Part shown: positions 11,701 through 24,176 of the stretch, piece by piece
Layout: every line of letters starts with the position of its first letter
How positions within the stretch are numbered: the first letter of the stretch is position 1
NCBI GenBank assembly: GCA_951804945.1
Contig: OX638150.1
Span: 70,928,001 to 70,992,000 of the forward strand
Origin: Podarcis cretensis
Taxonomy: Eukaryota
Length of the DNA: 64,000 nt
Reading direction: 5' to 3'
Notes under the pieces: model-generated
What the model saw: only the letters and a program-made list of their open reading frames with translations
Databases searched by the model: none
What the model was told of the DNA's origin: nothing
Position numbers and translations under genes: made by a program

Positions 11701-13626
11701 TTCTCCTGGCTCTCTTGGGTCCTTCGAAGCCTCGACCTTGCAGGTTGCTAAGGGTCAGTTTCCGAGTCCCCAAACCAAATGCAACCCTTATGGACGAACA
11801 GTGGCTGCCCCGGTTGTGATGCAGGCGCATATTTGCTGAACCGTGGCAACTGGACTTGGAGGCAGACCACTTTTAAGACTAAAAAAAAGAAAGAAAGAAA
11901 GGATGGGCTTTGGAGATGGCTGCCAAGCTCTGTTGCAACAGCCAACTATTCTACTCGGTGGAGGCTCCATCTGGATTAAGGGCCCATCCTCTCCTCCAAG
12001 TGGTCCTTTCTAAAACAAGTTGCTGGCCAATTCTGTTACCATCCAAGTCTGTTAGATGGCCCTTTTTGTCCTGTCATGTTGGGCCACAACAGCAGCCATT
12101 CTGGGCACTGTTCCTAGTGCCACACTGAATACCAATTCTACCTATCCTGCTGCTGACTGACTCCAGAATTGTACAGTAATTGGATATCATCCAGGTCCTA
12201 AACTGACCCTGGTGAGATAGTAGATAGGGAGCATGTTTTGAAAGGTACTTTGCTATGTGCATGGCACCCAGATGCAATTGTTTACCTGGGTTTCTCTCTG
12301 CTGACATCAGGGACCCCATGGGCATAGCTGGGGGGGGGAGCTGCCTCCCATGCACAAAAGAAGAAGCCTGCCCCATAAAAAACCCAACAAGCAGATCTCC
12401 TAAATACACCTCCAGAAAGATTCTCCTTCCTTTTGTAATACATGACTGAGACTGCTGGGCGTTTGAGTAAGAGTATTTCTTCTGTCCTCCTCCTCAACTG
12501 CTGGGATGCATGACACTAAGAGCTGCTTAACCATTTTTCTTGCGTGAAATAATGGTGTGTGATTTGTATGCTGCTGTGATTTGTCTTTGGAACCTGCAGT
12601 ATAAAGTGGCTCCCAAACAAGTAACAGTAGCTATATTGCACCCTCATTTTTAGGCATATGTCTTGAGCAAGAGGTAGAAAACTTACTACACCATATTTGC
12701 AACGTATGTTTGCAATATTTGCAGTATGTTGCAAATATTGTGTAGTATGTTTTCCACCTCTTTCAACATCTGTTTTGCTCCTCGCACCCAAGTTAAGAGT
12801 CATGTGTCGAAGACAAATGTCACAGAAGCTTATGACTGCAATCCACCAACTGGTTTAACCAGTGCCTGGATTTAAGCCAATTTAGTTCTACTGCCTTCAG
12901 TGGGACATTCACCTTAAATCTATTTGCTTTAATTTAATAGGGTTTGTGTGAACTGGCCTAAAAAAAAAAAAAATCATATTAAAAATGACCTTTACTATCC
13001 AACCTTTCTCTTGTCAAAAACTGAGATCATGTTAATTTGGCAAGAATTTTGGAATAACTGACTGGCATTTATTTTTATTTTCATCCATTACATACTTTTC
13101 TTGTTAATATTTTTGGTCAAAACTTTTCAAACTAATGATCAGTTAATTGTCGGGATTAAACTATATATCCTCTCATGTGTCTAGCAATATAGGAAGGGGT
13201 CTTAGAACAGGCCACCCCATTGCTTCACCTGACTCAGTATTGCTTACATCAGAAGCATTTCCTTTGATTTTGAATTGTTTTTGTGAAGGAAGCGGGATTT
13301 GCAGCCGCCACTGATCACCAGCTGATCTACTTGGAGTCAAAGAACTGCCAGGTGAGAAGTCTAGCTGACTAACAATATTCTCTTCTCCTTCCCAGGTCCG
13401 GGAGGGCAGAATGGAGGGACGCCAGATGGATCCTCACACTTCTCAATGTGGTGAGTTGATTTATCCATTGCCTTCCAGATGATGGAATCGGTGCTCACGG
13501 GGATCTGATGCTGGAGGAATACAGGATGTGTAATCCCTGTTAACTCATAATTTAAAGTTTCGGTCTGTTTTGTTTTTATTTAGGGAGAGTTCAAGTAATG
13601 AGAGTATGAAAACGCATCGGGAGTGA
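11260..13626 (+). CDS. TCTA: T-cell leukemia translocation-altered protein (121 aa)
   Basis: Exons 11260-11527, 13396-13450, 13584-13626 (GT-AG, 366 nt). Translation includes [80 protein letters not shown], matching TCTA. Confidence 0.95.
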
Positions 13627-15638
13627 TGGCAGAGGTTACTAAGCCAAGCTCCTGCTGCTCTAGGAGCATAGAGGACGCTGACGCCTGCCTGCCTGCCTGC
13701 CCAGAGGCCTCGCTCTTTCAGTGCTGAGGAGACAGCAGCTATAGTCGCCCTTTCTCTCATCCTGTGGCCTGAGCTGCTGGTCAACGCTGGTGCTGTGAAA
13801 ACTGTTCCTGTCCATCCATTTAACCAAGCACTGAGTCTCAGGATTCCTCTACTCAGGTTGGGAAGCTGCAGTTTCCCCCCTTCATTAAGCTGTCTGCATT
13901 TCTTCTTCTTCTTCTGCCACAAGTTATTTTGCAGACTGACCTTGAGCCTGCCTCTCTTCAATGTAAATATCAAACCCATTGCTGGCCTGGAACTTGTTTC
14001 TTTCTGCAGTGGTGCTTGGATTTCCCTTGCCTTGAACTGGTCTCAACTCGTAAGAGAAGCAGACGCCAGGGCTGATGAATAAATTATTTCTCCAGCTGAG
14101 CTTAAATTGCTCTTTGCTAAGTATCCCCAATCTTGTGTTGGAAAGCTACAGAGACTTGCTTAGTCTGACAGATTCAAACCCTTGCTGGTTCCTTGCCCCT
14201 GGTCAGATTTTGCAGTCTGTGCCAATCTTAGAGCTCACTAGTTCTAAAATAGTTCTGCTCCGAAATCATACTACTTGGTGCTCAATCCCTGGAAGAGTCA
14301 GGTGATTGTGTGTGTTCTGTAGCTATGTAATGCTGGAGCTGCTGATGTGATATTGAGCATCCCTCTATTTTACCATCCACTGCCCTCTTATTCTCTGGTT
14401 GTGTGTAATGTATGGGTTTAATGTATGGGTTATAAAAGAGTGATGGAAAAATTGAATATAGTCTTGACTCTTATTGTGTACATATGCAGAAGATTAGGGG
14501 TTTTTTTGTATTTACTTTAAACCAAAATACTTTAAAGTTCCAAAATATTAGAGTTTGCTCTGAAGTAACTCAGAGCAAAACTGTTGAACAGCATTCCTGC
14601 TCAATTATGATAGGTGCCCGCTATCTGTACTTTCCATAAACAACTGAAGATCTTTTTGTTTTGACATGCTTTTTCAGTTGGATGAAAATGTCTTCACTCA
14701 AGGTTTTAAAACAATGCAAAAGGAACATCCCTCCTAAGTTGTTGTTTTTTGTACTGTTTGAAAATTTCCTTGAGATGCATATAAATACATACTATTTCCC
14801 CAAAATAGCTGCTGCACAAAAAGTATTTTATCTCTATTTATGTGGAGCAGTTCATAGCAGCTCTCAATATTAGTGTCTTCAGCATCCAAAGTAAAAAATG
14901 GTTCCTTCAAATGTAGTTCTGAATCTTCTAGGCTAGATGGCAGTAAGAAAACAAAGGGGTTTGCTCAAGCTGAAACACTATTTAAATATGTCCCCTCCAG
15001 AAAAATAGTAAGAAGAGCAGGCCTTGGGCTAAGTATTAATTGGTGTAAACATTATTTGGAAGAAGAAGCCCACATCAGGGCATGATTTCTCTTTTTTGAG
15101 AAGTAGCAAGTACATCTTTCTTCCCCTACACTACTACACTACAGGGAGAATATTTACCAAACTGGTAAAATGAATGCGCTGAGCCTACGTATGGGAAATA
15201 GAAGGAATAAGCCAAGAAGCTTGTTCTTTACTTTTGTTGCAATATAAAGGTCTTCTTTCTGCTTCTAGCTGAGCATGCATCAGACCATTTCAAGAAAAGG
15301 AGCAGATTGAAAAGGGCAGGAGAAAATTCAATGACTTTTTAATATTTGGGGATAAATGCAAAAGAGGGGTGGGTGGAGTTCTGGAGATCAAGTCATTGGG
15401 ATCTTTCTGCTTTCAGCAATAGGCCAGGAGGCAGATGAAACTGGAGCATGTCGTCAAGTCTTGCTCATTTGCCTGCCTCTTCAGTTGTTAACGTCCCCAA
15501 CATCCCCTGAAATAGTTTATCTCTTTTTAGGGCTGTTTTCTTTTCAGTAACCACCTTTGTGGCAGAGCCCTAATGGAATTGAGGGGCCCTTTATAGGCAG
15601 GCCAGAATACAAAACTGAAAGCCAGTTCCAGCAGCAGC

Positions 15639-18600
15639 CTATTTCACTGTATAGTAATTGGTGGCTACAAAGGGCATCTTGGTCACTAGAGCAGGGCAGC
15701 TCTTCTTCCTCACTTCTACAGTGAGGGCTGTGCTCAGTTTGCTGTAGTCACTCTCCACGTATCCCATGGCGATATTCTTCTGCAGACAGGGGGAAGGGCA
15801 GCCACTGGTAACCTCACCTAGCGCATGGGGGAACGGACAGAGCACTTATCAAAAGCAAACATACAATTTCTGCATTAAATGATCAATAAAAATTGCTGCC
15901 AAAAATGCAACTTCTTCCCAATTTCTATAAGTAGGGTGGAGAGCCTAGTTTTCTACTCACACCAATGGCCCTAAGAGCAATTAACATGCATGGCCCTTTA
16001 ATGATCCACTAAAGACAAGAAAAATGCAAACAAGCTATGGAGCGTGTATACCTCCAGAAGGTTTGTTGCTGCTTTCTGTATGCAGTTCCAATAGAACACC
16101 TCTAAAAGGCTGCATTTTGCAATAATCTTCAATGAGGCTCACTTACTAGAATGTACTACTCTGCCGCCTGAAAGGGGCAGGGAGTTAATAGAAGCAAATC
16201 CACTATATATCTTGAAAGCTTTGTCCCCTCCGCCTTTGGACACTTCTCAATACACCTTACCCAAATTTTGCATGGTGGTTTGAGAGATTAAGGAGCAGGT
16301 TCTCATCCATGTTCATATATAAATGGACACGATTTTGAAGCAAAATGATGGGCAGCCTTTCAAAACTGCACTGGTTTTGTCTCCAATAATTTATGAGCAA
16401 CCCTGGGTACAAGGCTGCTAGTTCTAAACAAAGCTGTGAACCGAACACCATTGCCTGCAGTATGACCAAGCACAGCAAGTATTACATGCTTATTGGGGTG
16501 CTTGCTGTAGCAGAGGGCTGATATGTCATCTTCCTAGACAGTACTCGGAGAAGCTTGGAGAACCTACCAATGGCCTTGTCCTGTGGGCTGAGAATGGGCA
16601 TGTGCTGCCGGATGGGAGGCCCTGAAGAAGTCAGCCCCACACGTTTCCTTTTGGGTTTCTCTTTGATTTGGGCCAGTATGATTGATGCACCGGGGAAATC
16701 CATGGCAGCACGGCGGCGTTTCCCTGAGAAGCAATTGGAAATAAGGTGTCCTGTTAAGGCCAAGAGATCAAGAATTCCCATGCTTGTGGTCCAAATTACC
16801 CTCACCACATAGTGTCCCATCACCACTGAAGGCCTAGTGCAGCTTCTCTCCCATTCCAAAAAACCCCACCCTTGTTCCATGTCCAGTCTACTCTGGTCTG
16901 GGGTGCAGGAATGGGTGACTTTTTGCCTACTTGATATTGGCCAGGAATGTCAATGGGTAGGCAGGCAGGGAGAGAAATCCAGAATTGCAGCTGGCACCTA
17001 CCAAGGGTCCATATCAGACTGGCTTCCACAGGGGTTGTGCTCTCATCAATGTCGTTCCCATACAGACACAGACCTGCCTCCAAGCGCAAACTGTCCCGGG
17101 CTGCGAGTCCTGCCAGCCACACAGTGGAGTCCTTAAGCAGCAGCTCAGCCAGCTCCACAGCTCGGCTTGCAGGCACAGAGATCTGGGTACAGAGGAGCAC
17201 AGTGATTTGGTCAGTGTGATTTTTGCCACCCTTCGCCCCCCCCACTCCCAACTCCAGGTTACCTGGCCCGATCCTGCACGCTAGCTCAATCTGAGGCTAT
17301 GTCCAGGCTTGACTGACACCCTTCTCGCCCAAGCCAACCTGATTCAATAATCCCCTTTATTAATACGCTGCCCTCCCAGCCTGAAATAGCTTCTTGCTTC
17401 TCAGTGCACAACATCAGTGCTCCTGTTCCTCCCACCTCTTTTTGGTTAGCTGAGCTGAGCCCTGACCGTGTAAAGGTAAAGGACCCCTGGATAGTTAAAT
17501 CCAGTCAAAGGTGACTATGGGGTTGTGGCGCTTTCAGGCTGAGGGAGATGGTATTTGTCCACAAACAGCTTTCTGGATCATGTGGCCAGCATGACTAAAC
17601 CGCTTCTGGCACAACGGGACACTGTGACGGAAACCAGAGTGCACAGAAACACTGTTTATCTTCCCGCCACAGCAGTACCTATTTATCTACTTGCACTGGT
17701 GTGCTTTTAAACTGGAGCTCACCCCATCATGAGGATTCAAACTGCCGACTTTCTGATCGGCAAGCCCAAGAGGCTCAGTGGTTTAAACCACAGCACCACC
17801 CCCGTCCCATTCCCTGACCGTGTACCTCTACACCATCCTCGCCTGTGTAGCCACAGCGGGTGACCCTGCAGCCTGGCACTCCAAAGACACTCATCACTGC
17901 ACTGGTCATGAAGGGCAGCTTAGCCAGGTTGTCTGACACCCCAGCCTGTAGTACCCGGGCCATGGCAGGACCTGGTAGAAGGAAGAAGGGAATTGGCTAT
18001 GAGCTTGAAGAGGTGTTAGTTATCAGGCTCCCCCCCCCCCCGCAAAAGGAGGTGCAATAAGTCCCAGTTAAATGATGGAGGAAGGAATTGGGCATTTCAA
18101 GCTGAATGAAGTGGGCTCAGCCACATAGAGGGTGTTGCCCTTGCTGATCTCAGCCAAGGCACATCATTGCCACCGCGGCAGTAGGATAGAATTCACTGCC
18201 ACATGATGTGGCACAAGCTTAGTCTCTCAAAAGGCTAGGGCAAACTCATGGATGAGTGATCTACCATTAACAGCCACAACAGGTAAATGTAACAGTCTAC
18301 ACTCCTTCCAGGACCAGCCCAAGACATTTTGCTGCCTGAGGACAAGGTAACACCCCACTCCCTAAAGACCTTAGTGAGTGGACAGAGATACAAGGAATCA
18401 GGTGGTCCCTGATTCCACCCCCACATAGAATGGCAGAAGGGCTCTATCTTGTCCTGGCGTACCTATACATCTATGCTATTTAACCCCTTGCTGTTGCTCC
18501 TTGCCCTCACAGGATCTGCTTGCTGGGAAAGCTGCCTCACTCTGCCTAATGATAGGGCCAGTCCTCTCCCCTCTGAGTATCAGATGCTGGGGACAAAGAA

Positions 18601-21600
18601 AAGGGCTATTGCCATCTTAACCTGTTGGGCTGGGCCACTGGTAAGAACAGGGTGTTGGATGAGATGGACGATCAGGTGTAGCAGGGCCCTTGGGCTCTTA
18701 TGGGTGCAGAGCAGCACAGGGGAAAGTGGGTTTGTCATATTCAAAGGCCCTAGGTGAGTCAGTACCACACCAGCTAGCAAGCTGGCCTTGCAATGCCCCA
18801 AAGAGCCTAAAGATGCAAAAAAATAAAAAGTGGGGTGGAAGTGGGGAAGGCTTTGGACCAGGGGTAGGCAACCTAAGGCCCAGGGCCCAATCGCCTTCTC
18901 AATCCGATCCACGGACCATCCGGGAATCAGCATGTATTTACATGAGTAGAATGTGTCCTTTTATTTAAAATGCATCTCTGGGTTATTTGTGGGGCTGCCT
19001 GGTGTTTTTCACATGAGTAGAATGTGTTATTTTATTTAAAATGCATCTCTGGGTTATTTGTGGGGCATAGGAATTCGTTCATATTTCCCCCCAAAATATA
19101 GTCCGGCCCACCAAATGGTCTGAAGGACCGTGGACCGGCCCACGAATGAAAAAGGTTGCTGACCCCTGCTTTGGACAATGGGATTAGCTATCCCAGGAAG
19201 ATCGACAGTAAGGCTATTGATTGGTCTGGGAGATGCTACTATATTAAAGCAATTAAGCAGCAGTTCTGTGCATTCCCTTAAGGCAAATGCCTGGGTATTT
19301 TGTCTGCTGCTTCCCACAGTAGGGGCAGTTATCACAGGTACATAATATTTACCTTGCAGAGCAAGCAAAGCATTGTCTGACACTTCCAAGTCCACATCGC
19401 AGCCAGCTGCTTTCATTTCCTTCACCTTATTCTGCAGGCAGAAACAGAGAGCAGCAAGGTCATGACCCACTTGGGGGTGGGGGAAAGCATCTTCCTCTCT
19501 TCCATCCCATTCTCTCTCTCACTGAGTCCAGCATCAGCTGCAGCAAGGGACAAAGATCAAGTTTCCCGAAGGATTGGAACTACCTAACTATCATCTGTGT
19601 TTCTGCTGCCGCCTACCATCTAGGAACAATTCCGTATAGGATTGGATGGTGAGAAACACATACCTTCATGAGGGCAAAATCCTTGTCCCTGCAACCTGCA
19701 TTGGAGACCACGTAGAGGTGCTGATCCGAGGTGCTGGTCACAATCAAGTCGTCCATGATGCCTCCTCTTTCATTTGTGAACAGAGACAGAGTGCCCTGAA
19801 AGTAAAGCGCAGTTCAGTTACTGGTCGCCAAGAGTGGCTACCGTGTAACAGAAGCCAGGCTTTGGCAGACATGCAGTAATAATAATAAAGAGTAATAATG
19901 ATTTCCCTCTGGCATGTTACATCCCTTGTTTTGTGACGGCAATGTGGAATACAGTTGTATTAAGACATGCAAACCCATATTGGCCAGTGTCTGTGACCTC
20001 GTGAGGAACAAGCAACTAAACATTCAAGAAGAACTTTCTGCTAGTAAGAGCTGTTAGACAGTGGAACGGACTCCCTGGAGGTTTTTAAGCAGAGGTTGGA
20101 GGGCCATTAGTGATGGATGATTTAGCTGAGATTCCTGCATTGCAGGGGCTTTAATGAGATGACTCTTGGTGTCGCTTCCAATTCAATGATTATATCATTC
20201 ACTCCCTCATGCCTATGTAATTGTGCGTCACTACAAAAAGTGATTTTTGCAGTGATCCCTTCACTCTTCTCTTTCACAAAGCCACCACCTCTATTATTTT
20301 CAAACAAGAGCAGCTAGACAATTTAAATGTCTTGCCATTTTGTGAACCTTTAATAATTTGGTTTTGAATGCCGAGTGTTCGACTCCTGCTATTCATCCTC
20401 TTTTTTTTTGTTTTTCTATTTTAAAGGGAAGTACAATGGTTATATGGGACACAGGTGGTGCTGTGGGTTAAACCACAGAGCCTAGGGCTTGCAGATCAGA
20501 AGGTTGGCAGTTTGAATCCCTGTGACGGGGTGAGCTCCCGTTGCTTGGTCCCTGCTCCTGCCAACCTAGCAGTTCGAAAGCACGTCAAAGTGCAAGTAGA
20601 TAAATAGGTACCACTCCAGCGGGAAGGTAAGCGGCGTTTCCGTGTGCTGCTCTGGTTCGCCAGAAGCAGCTTAGTCATGCTGGCCACATGACAAGGAAGC
20701 TGTACGCTGGCTCCCTCGGCCAATAAAGCGAGATGAGCGCTGCAACCCCAGAGTCGTCCACGACTGGACCTAATGGTCAGGGGTCCCTTTACCTTTTTAC
20801 AATGGTTATATAGCTATCCCCAGGAAGCAAGGTTCTCTCCATCTCACCCCCTCATCCATTAAATGGAAATAGTGTTTTACTGGTGCTAGATTACAGTTTG
20901 CAGGGGTAGCATAGAATGAATTACATGAATTTAAGAAACACTTCAATCTTATAGAAAAGCCCTGTAAAAGTATTACTTTTACTTAGATCTGTGTCCTGTC
21001 ATTGCTCAATGGTGCTTGAAAAGTGGCAATATTTCTTTACATCATTTCCCCCTCTCATCCATTCTATATGGTGGCCCACTGAGCACAGTGATTTGTCCAA
21101 GATCACGCAGTTGATGGATTTGAAGTGGGATGTTCCACATCCAAATTCAGCATGCCATCCATTGTGTTACACTTGTGTGCAACCTAATGGATGGGAATCC
21201 TGTGGTGCTGGACTGGACTACAACTCCCGTAATCCCTGACTCTTAGCTATGCTGACTGGGGCTCATTAGAGTTCAACAAGATCCAGAGGGCCGAAGGTTT
21301 CCCACCGAGGGTGTAACCCACTGGGTTCCAGCATACCTGATTAGGCTTCAGCTCTGCTATGTCCCCAACTACTAGGCTCTCTATGAATTTAATCCGATCT
21401 CTGCCAAACACTTTAGTCTGTAAAAGAGAGAGTCACCTCACATCACCAGGGTGCTATGCAGGACCAAGGACAGCACACTTGAACAAAACATCTGAGCCTG
21501 GTGCTCCCATGCAGCTAAACTGCTGCTTTGGTGCGATACAGTTGGGCTTTATTATTTTTCCATTTATTAGACACATTTCTAGATTGCCCTTCCTCCCCAG

Positions 21601-24075
21601 GGGACCTAAGGTGATGTATAGTAGGATATAAACACACAAAATATGTATCGTAAATAAAACACAATCCTAACCAACATACTACAGGCCACCCCCTATTTAT
21701 GCAGGGCATTGCATTCCAGGCCATTGCGTGCTTGCGTGAAATTGTGTGAAATCAGAAACCCATTGAAAAAGCCTGCAAACACCCCATTCTGCCCTTTTAG
21801 TGACGTTTCAGTGACGTCTTTATGACACTTCTGGGTCACTTCTGGGTTTGGCACTGTGTGCATGTGTGCGATCCCACACATATTGGTCATGCCTAAAACG
21901 GGAGTTGCCTTATGAAAGGACAGATTGAGCATGGGGAATAATTTCTTTGTTAAGTAGGCTTAACTCACTAATTGGTCCAAGGCCACCCAGTGAACCTCAT
22001 GGCTGATCAGGGGTGTGAACCTAGGTCTCCCCAGCCAAAGTCCAGCATGTTTCTTACCACACCACCCTTTGCCAGTTCACGAATCTTAGATTGTCAGCTG
22101 ATACTTATAAAACTGAGTTTTATGCTATGTAGTGATGCTCTTTGGGACCAACACAGCTGCCCACATTTGTGGACTATCATTGGGGATCTAGCTGCAGACT
22201 CTCTTGGTGTGTATGGGGGGGGGGGGACTAGGAGGGCTGTCATGGTGAGCTCCTGCACTTCAAAACTGACCACTGCCCCACCGCTGAAAATGACCCCACA
22301 GCGGAAAGACTGGGACCTCTGGCTTCGTCCAGCATTACCTGCAGCATATGAGACACATCGAAGAGAGAACAGTGTTGGCGGGTGTGCAGGTGGGACTCCA
22401 GGTGGCTGTGCGTATACTGCACTGGGAGGCTCCAGCCGGCAAAGGCCACCATCTTCCCACCATGGTGCCGGTGAAAGTCATAGAGGGGCGTCTGCTTTAG
22501 GCTCTCCTGCAGAGGAAGGCAAGGCATGTTCTGACTGGCAGGTGCCAGCAACCCATCTGAGATCACCGAAAGGTCAGCAGTCTTGAGATGGGCAACCAGG
22601 ACTCATTATTAGTCGCACCACTGCCATTCCCAACCCTGGCCGCATCAGAAGCAAGAACATCCTGCCCTCCCCCAACTTATACCTGTTCTGCTTAAATTAA
22701 GCACTGATGTGTGCAGCTCTGGGTGGCCTCAAAGGCTAGACCCTGACCTCCAGCTGTCTTGGAGAGTGGACCCATCACCTCCTAGCTGAGAGCCAGCCCC
22801 AGGGACCAGACTTTTCCTGTTGGAACAAGGGGTAGCTCTGGTCTCTAAGCTCCCTTTGACCTTTGTGATTAGTGCTTGTTTGCTTAGTGCTTTATCAGAA
22901 GTCCAATGTCAAGAGGAAAATAAAGCTGCTTGCCCTTTGTACCCAACCCCCTCTTGCAGGTCTGCAAAGCCTTTCCTGTCTCACTTTCCCACCTGCATAA
23001 GCTCTGGCCTGCATAGTTGGGAGACAGTCACCATGCTCTCCAAAGGAATCACATTTGCTTTTTAACACCCTCCCCGTGACCGTGGCTGTGGTGAGCACCT
23101 ATTATGGGGCAAAATGTTGCTGTTTCTTGCTCACCACCGGTATTGATCAAGGGGTTCAGTAGGGGAGACTCTACCAACTTCCACTCCAACCCCCACATAT
23201 GGAAGCTTTCTTCCTCCATTCACCCCCCCCCCCCGCATCCCCCCACTTCATAACAGGAAATTCTTGGGTCACCACCAGGGAAGAACTTTGGTGGAGAAGC
23301 CACTACTACTACAGCCCAAGTGCTTAATGCTGAGAATAGCATATTACTGTATAAACTCTTTCTTTAGAAGCATCCGCTGTGAAATTGCCCCCTCGCCATT
23401 AGAATGTCCAGGGAACTCCTCCTGCCTCTGACTCAACCAAAAGGAGGCGAGGGGTGCGCGGGCGGGCGAGGGCTCTGTCGAGACTCCTCAGCCTTTTCAG
23501 CCCCCAAGGAGATCCCTTGATTTCACCCGGTCTCCCCTCAAAAACCAGGCCAAGATCAGCACTCCCTTTCTAAAGCGGGGAAATGCTGGGAATGAAGCTT
23601 GCCTGGGAAAGGCAGCCTCCTCGGACCCCTCGCTAGTCCTGTAATCTCCGATGCGCGAGAGCTAGTGCGAAAGCAATGCACTCTGCACATGCTCTGGGAC
23701 TGCGCAATTCAGATATCCCCCGGACTTTAAAACAGTGACAATAAGCAGGTTGTGCGGTTGACCCGTTTCAGTCATGAACTTTTGAAAAACAGAGCGCATC
23801 TCTTCCAACCCAAGGTACCCCGCCTGGCCCCCTTCCCTCCTGCTTCCCTGGCTGCCCGGAGCGAGCCAGCCGCGCTCCGCCACTTCCAACTCGGCGCAAG
23901 GCTCGCCTGTTGCCGGGCTTCCGAGCGCACACCTGCAGCCGAGTGGGAGGAGAGGCGGGTGTCCCCAGCTCACCTGCCCGGAGGCGTAGCCCCGCTTCCC
24001 GCTCGCAGCAGCTCCGGGGGACCCCCAGCCCGGAGCCGAGAGCCGAAGAGCAGCTCCGACGCCGGCCCGAAGCAT
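15639..24075 (-). CDS. AMT: Aminomethyltransferase, mitochondrial (glycine cleavage system T protein), 407 aa
   Basis: Nine exons: 24075-23974, 22506-22339, 21417-21337, 19795-19664, 19431-19353, 17971-17826, 17182-17002, 16723-16568, 15817-15639 (1224 nt, in frame). Motifs include [44 protein letters not shown] and VTSGCPSP. Exon 1 encodes a transit-peptide-like sequence. Confidence 0.97.
17473..17808 (-). mobile_element. Sauria SINE, full length, 13-bp TSD
   Basis: Minus-strand head gggacgggggtggtgctgtggtttaaacc, core caagtagataaataggtac, (acctt)n tail. TSD ccctgaccgtgta at 17460-17472 and 17812-17824. Confidence 0.9.
18859..19168. mobile_element. hAT-type MITE with 8-bp TSD
   Basis: Imperfect TIRs caggggtaggcaacct / aggttgctgacccctg and a perfect 8-bp TSD ctttggac (18851-18858, 19169-19176). 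There is an internal duplication of about 57 bp. Confidence 0.85.
20022..20195 (+). mobile_element. CR1-type LINE 3' fragment
   Basis: aagaactttctgctagtaagagctgttagacagtggaac...tttaagcagaggttgga...cttccaattc is the typical CR1 3' end. Short CR1-tail copies also occur at about 9690-9760 (-), 29946-30010, 36630-36690 (-) and 45245-45300. Confidence 0.65.
20446..20797 (+). mobile_element. Sauria SINE, full length, 14-bp TSD
   Basis: gggacacaggtggtgctgtgggttaaacc...gcaagtagataaataggtacc...ccctttaccttt. TSD tacaatggttatat at 20432-20445 and 20798-20811. Confidence 0.92.
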
Positions 24076-24162
24076 TTTCCCGGGCGCCCCTACGACATGG
24101 CTGGAGAGGACAGCCCCTCCTCCCCTCCCCTGGGCCCTGAGCTCAAGCCCCGGGGAGGAGCC

Positions 24163-24176
24163 TGGGAAATGTAGTC
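24163..24176 (-). promoter_or_regulatory. ZNF143/THAP11-type motif (ACTACATTTCCCA) in the AMT CpG-island promoter
   Basis: tgggaaatgtagtc lies about 90 bp upstream of the AMT ATG within the CpG-rich region 23800-24340. Confidence 0.5.

Noticed and set aside
21972-22586. 204-aa plus-strand ORF
   Set aside because: Antisense shadow of AMT exon 2 plus intron sequence, with no protein-family features.
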